64,000 bases of DNA, from contig OZ234493.1 of NCBI GenBank assembly GCA_965153455.1, positions 28,944,213 through 29,008,212 on the forward strand, given 5' to 3'. Positions 11,301-23,100 of the stretch are shown in pieces. Below the pieces are notes generated by a model. It ran no database searches. It saw nothing but the letters and a program-made list of their open reading frames with translations, and was not told the DNA's origin. Origin of the DNA: Sphagnum compactum. Its lineage: Eukaryota. Numbering within the stretch: the stretch's first letter is position 1; the number at the start of each line of letters is the position of its first letter. A program made the translations under genes and the position numbers.

Positions 11301-13853
11301 TGCTGGCACACAGCAGCTGTCCGATGAAGGAGCAGCTCTCATTGGCCTCAAGGGGAAGCTGGTGGATGCCGATGGGCATCTTGATGACTGGAAAGAAGCA
11401 GCTACAGGATCAGGAGCTGCAGTGCCTGCTGGAATTCTGAATCCATGCTCATGGACTGGGATCAACTGGAGCAGGCCTGGATCAGCCTGGATCTCTCCTC
11501 CATGAGCCTCACAGGCTCGCTGTCAGGCCCGGACTTGGGCCAACTCAAAAACTTGGTCAACATCACAACAACCTCATCAGTGACGTGCTGGCTGAGATTG
11601 TGACTCTCCCCTGCAATACATCAAACAATTTCAGCAACTACTTCCCTTCCAACTTCTCCCAACTCCAATACCTCCAGGTATGTAAGAAGATTATATGCAA
11701 GTTCACTCTCTTCAGCTTCCTCTTCTTTGGATCATGCCCACTCTCAAGAATCTGTTCCTCTTTGGATTGGAATCGGTACAAGGAAAGTACTTGAGGCATA
11801 TGGATCATGTCCCAGCAACTCCTGTAGAAGAGAGAAATCATGATCCTTCTGCATTGTTGTGATGTTTCTTCACCGTCAGAACAACAGAACCACTTTCTGA
11901 GTGAAGAAGTACTATGCCCAATAACATGTTTTTCATGTTTGTAACAAACACTGCATGTCATAGTTGAGTCGCCTGCAGCTTCGATCCAGAATGTTTTTGA
12001 TCATGGGCATGAGGGGTGCACTGGCTGATGAGTGATGATTGATTGATTGATTGGTTGGTTGGTTGGTTTTGAACAAATTTCTTTTGGCCAGCAGGTGTTG
12101 GACTGCTTCAACAACTTCTTCTCAGGAAATTACCTTCCCTCAAACATTTGAGCCTGGCAGGAAACTATTTTGATGGAAACATTCCAGTTTGAGTATGGCA
12201 GCTTCCTGAGCCTGGTTTACTTGGCCATCAGTGGCAATTCCCTCACTGGAGTTATCCCTAAAGAGCTTGGAAATCTTCCCAGGTAAGAATTGCTTCCTAA
12301 CATCTGTTTCTGGTAGCAAAAAAATATTACACTCTATCTGCATGTAAATATAACTATTAGCTACCCATCACTCATTGATGCAGGCTCACTACAAGAGAAT
12401 GGGGTTTTTCTCAAACAAAAAACCGCAAACTCATGACAGATGTAGCGAGGTAAACTTTGTGGTTTCATCCATTACAATGTACAATATGTGGTGTTTATTG
12501 TGGCATATATTGCATCAAAGTGGCAATTTGATGTCAGGTAATGGCTCATATTACATTTGTGCCACATGTGTCATGAGCTGCAGCTTTCTTTGTGAGGAAA
12601 ACACCATTCTCTTGTAGTGGCAGTGCTTAAGTTGTTGAATTCTATCTTCAAAGTCCAAAGAGTCGGCAGATAATGTACTATCCAAAAATGAAAGGGAGTG
12701 CTCAAGATGTCCTGCACTCGGAGAGGAATAATTCTGCTTCAGTTGACCATGTTAGTCTATGCACTGACAGAATTGTTTGCGTCTGGTTGGTCATATCCAG
12801 AGCTCGAGGAACTGTACATGGGTTCCTACAACACTTTTTTGTCTGGCATCCCAGCAAGCTTTGGCAACTTAACCAAGCTTGTTGGCTAGATCTGGGTGAA
12901 TATGGACTCAATGGATCACTTCCAATCAAGCTTGGGAATTTGGTGAACCTTGTCACGCTCTTTCTACAGCTCAATAGATTCACGGGTGCAATCCCGTTTG
13001 AGTTTGGCAACCTGGTGAACTTGAAGTCACTTGACCTTTCTTACAATAACCTGACAGGCAAGATCCCGCCCACTCTAGTCTACTTGCAAAAGCTGGAGCT
13101 GTTAAGCCTCATGAACAACCAAATTGAAGGCACCATTCCTGCTTGCTTGGGTGACCTCCCCAAAAAGGTGATCCATCTATAAACCTTCTTGATAAGCTCT
13201 TGAAAAAGAAAGTCTAAGTCTTGAAAAGTGATGGGTGATGTGCAGTTTTTTCTGAGCTTTTCAGTAGCTATTCAACTGATGTGGAAAGTTCTCTGTTTTT
13301 GTTTTCTGTTTTGGTTTTGACAGGTACTTTATTTGTGGAAGAACAAGTTGGTGGGAACTATTCCTCAAACACTTGGACAAAATACAAATCTCACACTTCT
13401 CAACCTGTCTTCCAATTTTCTCACCGGGATGATTCCACAAGATTTATGCATTGGCCAAAAGCTTCAATGGCTAATTTTGCAATACGATCAGCTCACAGGT
13501 CCCATACCTGAGAGCTTGGGAAACTGCTGGAGTCTAACAAAACTTTGCCTTAGCTACAACTTCCTTAACAGGTTGATCCCAACAGGACCGTTAGGACTTC
13601 CGAATATCTCAATGGAGGAGGTCAAGGCCAACAACATTATTGGGCCAATCCCATCCACATTCATTTCTGCTCCATTGTTGGGATACTTTGATTTTTCTGA
13701 CAACTATTGTCAAGCAGTTTGCCAGCAAGTATTGGGAACCTCACAAAACTTCAGCAATTCCTGGTATCAGGCAACCAGTTCAGTGGGTTGATCCCACCCC
13801 AGATCTGTGACATGCCTCTTCTGAACAAACTGGATCTGAGTTTGAACAATTTA

Positions 13854-13997
13854 TTGGGCCCGATTCCATCAACAATATCCAACTGTAAGAAACTTGGGTC
13901 CCTTGATTTGAGCCAGAACAATTCGTTGGGCTCAATTCCATCAACAATATCCAACTGTAAGAAACTTGGGTCCCTTGATTTGAGCCAGAACAATTTG
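13854..13997 (+). repeat. 72-bp tandem duplication of one LRR unit
   Basis: IPSTISNCKKLGSLDLSQNN is encoded twice in tandem with near-identical nucleotides. Confidence 0.95.
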
Positions 13998-15013
13998 TCG
14001 GGTGAGGATCCTCTCCAAATCAAGTACATACCCGATCTCTACCTCAATCTTTCTCACAACCATTTGACAGGTCACATCCCACCACAATTGCAGCTGCTAC
14101 AAACTCTGAGCATCATTGACTTCTCCTACAACAATCTTTCTGGACAGATACCACATTTCAAGTTGACCATTATAACCTTTGTGGGGAATCCATTTTTGTG
14201 TGGGGATGTATTGCCATCATGCAACCTTATATCTTCTGCCCCAGCCCCATCTCTCCAGCATCCTAAACAACATGATACAGGCCTTCTATCATGGCTGGTC
14301 GGGATGTTATTCTCAGCTGTTTTCATTGTTTTACTTGTGGGCCTGTGTTGCTTTTTCTGAAACTACATCTGCAGATATTTCCAAAGGAAACCAACAGTCC
14401 ACCCTTGGAAATTAATTGCCTTCCAGAGGTACTAAGCAAAGCATGAACAGCTGCTTCATATGCTGTCACAAAAAGATTTAAAGGAGAGTTTGAATGTCAA
14501 TCTAATGACTATAAGAAAGCTATAATAAAATTGTTGAAGAAAAAACTTCCTTGAGTATCTTCTTGGGTCCCTTTTTGTTGTCCTAATGATCTCATTTGAG
14601 AAAAATGTCTCCAGGTGCTTGATTGCTTGACAGAGGACAACATAATTGGTTGCAGTGGGGTGGGAACTGTTTACAAGGGTGTCATGCCCAGTCATGAGAT
14701 TGTGGCAGTCAAAAGACTATCTGGAGAGGGGAAAGGGGCATCCCACGATCATGGATTCTCTGCTGAGATTCAGACACTGCGGAAAATCTGGCACCGCAAT
14801 ATTGTGCAGCTTCTCAGGGTGCTGCTCTAACCATGAGACAAATCTGTTGGTATATGAGTATATATGCCAAAGGGTAGTCTTGGGGAGCTTCTTCACAGTA
14901 AGGAAAAATCGGGCCATCTCAATTGGGATACAAGGTCAGAAATTCTGGTTCCTAGAATTAATTGATCACACTAATTGACTTAACAACACTGGTGTTGATT
15001 AGCACTTGACTAA

Positions 15014-15349
15014 GAGCAGCTCCAATAGTGTTCAGTATGTGGCCCTGCAAAAGAAAATTAGATGAAGAAAAGTCAAAACATGCCAGTTTGGCTCAGCAAA
15101 ATGGTTTTCACTCAGCATTTTTTAATAGGATGCAGAGGCTGGTAATAGGCACAGCAAAGCCTAACACCTGTTGTTGATTGGCTAGATAGTTTGATCGGTC
15201 TGGGTGGGATGCTATTAGTAGTCTCCCATCTATCTGCAGTCCCAGTTTTAGTTTTATGGGTGGGGTTGGAAAAAAATAAATAACTAAACTTGGATGTGAG
15301 AAATATTTTTGCAGTCACATACTGAGCACTAGCACTGCTCGAGATGCTC
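15014..15349. mobile_element. Tourist/PIF-Harbinger-like MITE in the RLK intron
   Basis: TIRs GAGCAGCTCCAATAGTG...TCAGTATGTG / CACATACTGAG...CACTGCTCGAGATGCTC; TAA on both flanks (15011-13, 15350-52). Confidence 0.8.
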
Positions 15350-16194
15350 TAATCACCAGTTAGTTGTCTTCACAACTGTTGTTGATTAGAACTGGATTCA
15401 TTACCAGTTGTTGAAGACTCATAGCTGTTGAACACAGACAATGGATCTTGGGACTAATTCTTTGTTGGCAATTTACAGGAGGTGATGTTGGTCCTCAGAG
15501 TCACATTATTGTGCTCCAGTGATCTACCAGCAGACCGCCCAACCATGAGAGATGTGGTGCAAATGCCATCAATTGTGAAGCCAAAGAGCAAAGGGAGCAG
15601 TCTTGCAGACTCTCATGAATTGCTGATGGCATTAGATCTTCTGAAGGAGAAGAATGATAATCTTCAACTTGTATGTGAGCAGAAGTAGCTTTAAAACTGC
15701 CACCACCTGCGGCACTTGATTTGCAAGTGGAATCCTGAGCTTTTTATATTCAAATGCATTAAACTCTTGGGTCTATTGCTCGTGTACATTACAGCCAGTG
15801 TAGAGGGTTTTGTAGAGCTTGAAATGGGTGCAAGAATTCTGTCTTTTACAGTTGGTTAAGTGGAGCTGGAAGATTAAAATTTTGAAATTTTTTCAGATTA
15901 GGAAATAGGGAACTAGTGTTGTGTGTAGATAGCATACAGTTAGTTGCTTCTCTTTTTTTGTGTCTGCAGCACACTAGGAACAATGCCATACCTAATGCAC
16001 AACGTGCAACAAATCTGCATCAATTTCATGTTCAACACAAAAAAACTGGAAGAAATCTTCTGAAAGTAAGAGTAGGATATCTGTGGATAACTTTGTGAGC
16101 ACTGTATCTTCAAACTATTTCATCTTTTGATCTGTAATGGAAAGAACCCATTTCTCGACTTGGAATTTTAAAATTGCAAAATCAAGCTAGATGA

Positions 16195-16872
16195 TCAAGT
16201 CTTCCGCTCCTGACGCCATTTGTATACAGGCTTATCCGTAGGTGTGCTGATTTCATCAGGACGTAGCTTGCGCTTTCTGCCCTTGGTTGTCAACTGTTTC
16301 TGCAAGGACATCGTCATAGCCAGTTCTCGCAACTTCTCCGCTCGCTCGCTGCGCTCCTTCAGCTCCCTCTTCACCCCCTTAGAAACCCTAGGAGCACGAA
16401 GCGGATCCTCCGGCATGTCCTTTACCACTGCCGGTCTGAGCTCTTTAGCTTGTTCCCTATCTTCAGCAAAATAGATATGCTTGCTTGATGATTGGCCCTC
16501 ATGGAGCGGAATGAAAGAAGACTGCAACCTCTCCACTTTTTTCTTCTCAGCCTGCCATTTGGACATCAAGTAACCGAAGTCTTGCGTCTTCATCAGCTGC
16601 AGCTCCTCTTCCGTGTACTCCTTCCCACCGGTTTTGGGTCTATGAACGCCATTCACCGTCTTGGAGTTTATCATCTTATAATAAAACTCATCGGGATTCC
16701 TGAATGCCGCCTTCTCCCGCAACCTACGGATGGTGTCCTCTTTCCTGTGAAAATCCTTGGCTCGCAGCACATAGTCCTTGTGCTTCTCAAGCAGCCCGAA
16801 CCTGGCACGGTTCTGAGGTTGCGACCGCTCCTTGTGAGCTCGCCTCCGCACCGCATTCCTTAACGACGACAT
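16195..16872 (-). CDS. UTP11: U3 snoRNA-associated protein 11 (SSU processome), 225 aa, single exon
   Basis: MSSLRNAVRRRAHKERSQP...FGLLEKHKDYVLRAKDFH...AAFRNPDEFYYKM...VYKWRQERK. Intact ORF from ATG 16872 to TGA 16195. Confidence 0.95.
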   Translation of the reverse strand: MSSLRNAVRRRAHKERSQPQNRARFGLLEKHKDYVLRAKDFHRKEDTIRRLREKAAFRNPDEFYYKMINSKTVNGVHRPKTGGKEYTEEELQLMKTQDFGYLMSKWQAEKKKVERLQSSFIPLHEGQSSSKHIYFAEDREQAKELRPAVVKDMPEDPLRAPRVSKGVKRELKERSERAEKLRELAMTMSLQKQLTTKGRKRKLRPDEISTPTDKPVYKWRQERKT

Positions 16873-16932
16873 GCTTGCTGCCTCTCCTCCTCGCTTGAGC
16901 TCCACAATCCTTCCCTTGTTCCTGCTGCCGGC

Positions 16933-17050
16933 AAACCCTATATACACAAAGCCGTGACGGAGCAGCGAGAGAGAAAGGGTCTATGTCGGGCCGGGTCACA
17001 TGTAAATACTACGTACCCGTTCGAAAGGGTCTGTGACGGCGGGCCCGCCT
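16933..17050 (-). promoter_or_regulatory. UTP11 proximal promoter/5'UTR with telo-box and site-II-like motifs
   Basis: AAACCCTA at 16933-16940, and GGGCCG / GGGCCC at ~16988 and ~17041. This combination is typical of plant ribosome-biogenesis genes. Confidence 0.5.
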
Positions 17051-17062
17051 TTTTTTTTCTGG

Positions 17063-17063
<1 letters not shown>

Positions 17064-17101
<38 letters not shown>
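17064..17101. repeat. (TA)n microsatellite
   Basis: About 19 TA units. Confidence 0.95.
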
Positions 17102-17102
<1 letters not shown>

Positions 17103-17345
17103 CTAAAATGCTATATTATAAAGTAAAAGTGCTAAAATCATGTGCTTTTTGAGATTTTCAATATCCATAATTCGACCAATATTGGAAAAAAAATCGCCAG
17201 ATTTCTAAACATGGTGCAAGTATGTAGCCAAAAATATAGAAGGATGATTGTATATATATAGGTTTATAACCAAATTTGGCTAACTCTTCCTAAGGATGAT
17301 CACCATTTTGGCTACAAACAAAAACTCCTAAAAATAAATAAATCA
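17102..17345. repeat. Short dispersed non-autonomous repeat (related copies ~39955-40080, 47690-47950, 49150-49390)
   Basis: Shared TAGCCAAA / CCAAATTTGGCTA / TTTGGCTA motifs; boundaries approximate. Confidence 0.45.
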
Positions 17346-18863
17346 TTACCATAATACATTTACCATTTTGATAATAATTAAATTATTTTCCAAAAAATGT
17401 TGATTTTTTCAAAATCAATTGTTCGCAAAGTTGAAAGTAATAGAAATTTGACATTATTATTGAATGTTTGCCTTAAAGCTTAGTGGTGTGGTATGCCTAA
17501 GTAATGCAAAATTAGTTAGCATTTTCTTTCACCACCTCAACTACAGGAATTTCACGAAATGTTTATTGCCAAAAATGAAAATATGGAAAAAAAATAATTG
17601 TTAAAAAAATGTTAGAATGGTAAAGGTCCTATGATAATTAATAGAGCCTTTTGTTGAACCCCTTAACAAAAAGTGTTGTTTGAACAAATCATTCACTAAC
17701 AACCACATTGCAACAAGGCATGTAGCCTATAAGAATTGCAATTGTTGAGCAAGTCTTCACTCACCAACAACCACATGGCAACAAGGGCTGTAGCCCATGA
17801 GAATTGCAATCATTGAAAGTGTTTTCACATGCTCTAAAAACTGCTATTGCTACAATTCAAAATGCCTCCCAACCTGCATCGTATGAAGAACAATTCATGA
17901 TGGAAATTGTCTACAACATTTCATAAGGGAAATTTGATAATTAGTTTGCGAGAAAATTTTCAAGACCATTGAAAAGTAAGAAATCTCAAACAACAAAGAC
18001 TTCAAGGCCACCTAGGAGAAAAAAAAACCCAAAAAACAAAAACTTTAAGATCATGTAGGAGCAAAAAAAATCAAAGAGCATACATTTTAATCCAAACACA
18101 CTTTCAAAAAATTCCCAAGCACACACATTTTTGTGCAAACACACTTTCAAGTGCACACATTTTCATGCAAACATGTTTATAAAAAATTTGATTACCTCTC
18201 ATGAAGAAAAAAATGAACATCATAAGTGTGCAATTTTTTCTAGAGCTCCTTATTCCTCTAAATTTTTTGTTCACATTGGAGGTGACAAAATCAAATGAGC
18301 CAATCTATCATAGTTAGAGCTAGACCTTTGTTTGAACTTTCAAGCGTTGTAATCGATGTTTTTGGCATCCAAACACCCAAATTAGTAAAACGTTGTGCTA
18401 CAAAACTCAAAAGAGTTTCACGAAGGTAGAAAGTTCAACTTGGCAGCAGACCTCCAATCACTGAAAATATTATTCCTATCACATACATTATCCAAATCTA
18501 GCTTGTTTTATTTTATTAGAAAGTTAGCTACAAGGCACATCTGCATATCAAATTCTAAGCTCTACACCCAAATTAGTAAAAAGTTGTGTTACAAAACCCG
18601 AGAGGTTTTATGAAATTTCTCTAAAATTTCAAGCTCCCAAAACTATCCCTATCAATTTCATTCTTTCAAAAGTACCACTATCATCTAGTCTATTTTCCCT
18701 CTTTCCACCATCTACTAAAACTAATCATTCTTCTCTTCCCAAGGAACAAGTTTTTTCAATATTCAAATCGAAAATTATGTTCGGAAAAAAAAAAACCCAA
18801 ATGATTTGAATTTGTGCCTTTAAAGAGAAGGATAAGGAAGGAGGTGAAGGAAGACCCCAACTC

Positions 18864-18986
18864 GGTGGCCTATGGAAGGTCTAATGCTTGATTGCCCTTG
18901 AAAAGTTTCAATGTTTAGTGGCCCTTGAAAAGTTCCAATGCTTAGTGGCCAATGGAAGGTTCTAACGTTTGGTGGCCCTTGAAAGG
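18864..18986. repeat. ~27-bp minisatellite, ~4.5 copies
   Basis: Units like AGTGGCCCTTGAAAAGTTCCAATGCTT. Confidence 0.8.
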
Positions 18987-20192
18987 CGAAGGAAAATCAT
19001 CCTTTTCACCTCTTCTCATTTTTCCCCCCAACAATTTTACTTAAATTTTTTTTTCCCTATTGATATTAAGGTTTTACTCTACCATGGTTCTAGACTGTTA
19101 TTTTATGCATTTCTTTCCTTTTCCTTGACTTATAAATTATAACCACACATTTCGATGTATCAAGTCTTCACACACATCGTCGAGTTGATTTTGATTGAAG
19201 ATTTTTTTCCTTTCTTAGAATTCATGGCGTTGCACATGACCACTTTTTATGAGTTCACTTCTCTAAACTCTCGTACCTTGGTAATTTTGTTACAAATCAA
19301 CCCCGCTTCTGGTGATGAACCTGAAATTATTTGTGAAAGTTTTTACAAAACTGAAAACACCTCCATCTTTGCATGGTTTTCAATTCTTAACGTTGGACAC
19401 TATTGTTGGTTGCGCGGTCCGATTCGTCGACTACCTCTTAATAGTAAGGCGGATTATTTAGTTTGCACCATTCAACGCATCCTAGATTTCCTACAATTAT
19501 GAACAATCACTATGGCATACCCTAAACTCAACATGTAATTACAATTTTTCGTTGAGCTTATCCATAACCTCAATAAAATTTTCACTCATCATGAAATCCA
19601 TGTTGCCATTCTCACCCTATTACATTATTTATTTTAATCGTTATGTTGTCTTAAATTAATCTTACGCTTACAATGTTTGAAAATTATATTATTTCCATTA
19701 GACCTTTCATTAACACCCCTCAAGTGCTTCACACATCTCAAACATCCTCGCTTACATGACTACCCACAAAATACTAAAACAAGACCAATGTTTTGCTAAA
19801 CATTACGAATTTGGCGTCTACTTCTAACCCCAACCCTTTAAAGATTTCTCACCCTAATCACGCAACTGAGGTTCTAAAACTATGAAAACTAGTTTTTTGT
19901 TGAAGAAAAGAATTAACCTTACACCTTATTCATCCAATATCGAATTTCAAAAAAAAGAAAACAACCCCCCCATGCAACCATGTGCACTCATCATTCTTTA
20001 TTCTAACATGAAGTTGTTAAAAACCCTTAATAGCCTTACCACATCCAAATATTCCTGATGCAATTCTTAAAAATTGAGACTACCGCACATGGCTGTGTCG
20101 GTATGGCTCACACAACCACTTTCATTCAATGCAAAGAATGTCATGACAATTATAACAAAAATTTGAAACATCATGTTTTATTAAGCCCCATT

Positions 20193-23100
20193 CACTAATA
20201 GAAAATGGCCATTTTGCAATTGGTCCATGTGACTAATTTTTAGTTACAAGTGACATTTATAACTAAAATTTCAATAGTCGCATTGGACAAGTCGCATTGA
20301 CACTAGTTGCAAACGACAACAAATTTTGGATGAAAGAAAAAATCAACGAAATACGCCTTCATCTTTTGATTGGTCATATACGTATTGACGCTTGCAACTA
20401 ATATGCGACTTTTTTGGTGAACAATGGGAACAAATTATGTGTTGCCATGTGTCCCAACTTTTAATAATTAAAAATATTTTATTATTATTTTGAAATAATT
20501 TAAGAAGTTTAATTTTTATGTTTGGATGGTTTAGATTGTGACACGTGGTGCAATAAAAATTTGCCATGTGACATATTAATGAAAATTTCCAAATTAAATT
20601 TAAATCAATATTTAGGTATGTAGGTTGAACTAAGTACCTACCTACCCATCTAGGCTAAACATCTATCTAGATAAGACCTATTTATCTACTTAAGCCAAAT
20701 ACCTACTTAGGTAGGTAGGTAAGTTAGGGAAGTAGGTAATTAGGTGTAAGTACATGAATATTTATATTTTATTTTGGGTTAAGTCATTTTTATTGACTCA
20801 TCCCATATGCCCATCTTTCTAAATATGAAAATATGAGACAAGACACCTAGTTTATATATTTTTCAAAAGAAAATGAAAGCCAAAACATATGGGATAAAAT
20901 TTCTAGTTGTAAGTCGTTTGCATTTAAAAATGTTTAGTTGCAAATGACTTGTAACAAAAAAATTTATCCCATATGTTTTCGCTTTCATTCTCATCTTGGA
21001 AAGTATATAATTAAATAGGTAAGTGATAACTAACTAGTTAACTAATTAACTAACTAATTAACTAATAAAATTACTAATTATTTACTGAATACAATATAAT
21101 TTATAAAAAAACTCGCTAATTAATTAATTTACAACTAAATTATAAACTAACTAATCCATTTTATAAACTATCCAACTAACTAATTATTTATAATAATAAT
21201 CATCAAAATCTTATGATTAATGAATTAATTATATTATTAGTTATTATTAAATATGACTTAATTTATTAGCTAGATAAAAATAAAAATATTTAATTTTAAA
21301 TAAATAAATGTATGTATGTATATATATAAATTATAATAATTTATCAACCAATTTAATTAATTAGTAATTGGCTAATATTGAAATAATTAGCTAATTATTA
21401 ACAACTAATAAATTATTATTTTGTAACCAAATAAATTAATATAATGACTGAAATATTCAGTATTTAGTAATTATTAACTATTAATTAATATAAATGTTGT
21501 GTACTAGCTTATATATATATAGTAGCATAAAACCTGTCCTAGGCTAATTATTTTATTATAATTATTCCCATTATTATTTTCATTTATATAGTTAATAATA
21601 TTAATTTATTATAATTAATAATTAATCATTTTCAATCATAAATTTGAAATATAAAATTTTTAAACTATATATTAATATTCCTAGTAATTATTATATTAAT
21701 GTAATAATACTTCATAATTGATTACTTATAATAATAATAGTAATGTAATTTGTAGCTAACATAGGTTAGTTATTTTATTATTATTATTATTATTATATAT
21801 TAATATGTCATTTGTTAGAGCTATTATGATTTATTTTAATTCAATTTTCATTTTAAATAAATAAAAAATAATTCTTAATAAGTACATTAGTCATTTGAAA
21901 AGGATTTAATAAGAATATATTAATATATTAAGTTTTTAATAATTATTTCAATAATTATATAATTATTTTTCCTATCATTTTAATATCATCATCATCATCG
22001 TCATCATCATCATCATCCTGTAATAATATAGTACTACATAAAAATTTTAGTCAAAGATAATATTGAAATTTAGTTTTTTATTACATGTAATTAATATAAA
22101 CATATAATATAATATTAATGAAATAAATAATTAAATGTCATTTATAATAATTTTAAGAAATATAATAAGATGGTTTAGATAAATTTTTAATATGGGCATA
22201 ATATATTTAGCAAATATCTTACATAAAATTTGAATATACTCAAAATATACACTATTTAGTGTAACCACAGTATCAAGGCCATTTACGCTAATAATAATAC
22301 TTGAATACACATCTAATATGGTTGTTCATATAAATTCAAAATATACATTTATAAATCTTAATACACTCAATTATATTCTTTAGAATTCACAAAATACCTT
22401 TGTATCCTCATAAGATTACAACTAAATTGGTCACATTTGCAATTAACGAGACATAAATTGTCAACTTTAGAAAATGTAATCCATTGGTAAGGACATGGAT
22501 TATCATTGGGGAGTTGAAAGGTTGATCAATTTCTGACGCTTGCAACCTATATACATGCTTAAAAGGTTATGAAGGTTGGGTAGGTTAAGCTAGGTTAGGT
22601 AAGCTAGGTTACTACCTACCTATTTGGCTTTTTATGACCTATTTAAACTTATATCCTACTTACTTACCTATACAAAAATATTATTAATTTTGGTAATAAT
22701 CTATAAAAAAAGGGTAAAAATTTGACTAGTCAACTGGTCCATTATCCACTAGTCAAAATGACTAGTCAAATAGTTGAACATTCTGCCAATAAAAAAACCA
22801 CTTAGCTAAGTTGAACAAGTCTAACTTGTCCAAATTGATACGATTGTATTTTTGACACTTGTCCAAATGTGGTCCTTTTTTAATTGTATTTTTTAGTAAA
22901 AAACTACTATGAATTATAATAGTGATTGGATGACTTCTTTTGCAATTCTGGGAATATTACCATCAAGAGGTCAAATATCATCATCAAGAGGCCCACGCAT
23001 GTGTAGGACTACCAATCAACCTACACATGGAGTTTCTTATTACATATATCATAACAAAAAAGTGGTGCAATATAGGCATATGAACAAGCCTTTAACCACA

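Larger units (their letters stand above)
11254..15688 (+). pseudogene. CLV1/BAM-type (LRR-XI) receptor-like kinase pseudogene
   Basis: Signal/LRRNT (LSDEGAALIGLK...PCSWTGI), many LRRs, GNPFLCG cap, TM helix, [64 protein letters not shown] introns at ~11678-12094, 12283-12800, 13168-13323, 14429-~14614 and from 14935. Multiple frameshifts, TGA at 14358, no HRD/DFG/APE exons. Confidence 0.92.

Noticed and set aside
16873-16947. N-terminal extension of UTP11 in the ORF track
   Set aside because: Non-ATG start; homology begins at MSSLRN (16872).
16220-16999. Antisense and alternate-frame ORFs overlapping UTP11
   Set aside because: Shadow ORFs of a GC-rich CDS.
18864-18986. CRISPR-like arrays (also 43320-43682, 58495-58652)
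   Set aside because: Degenerate tandem units without unique spacers, eukaryotic context, no cas genes.
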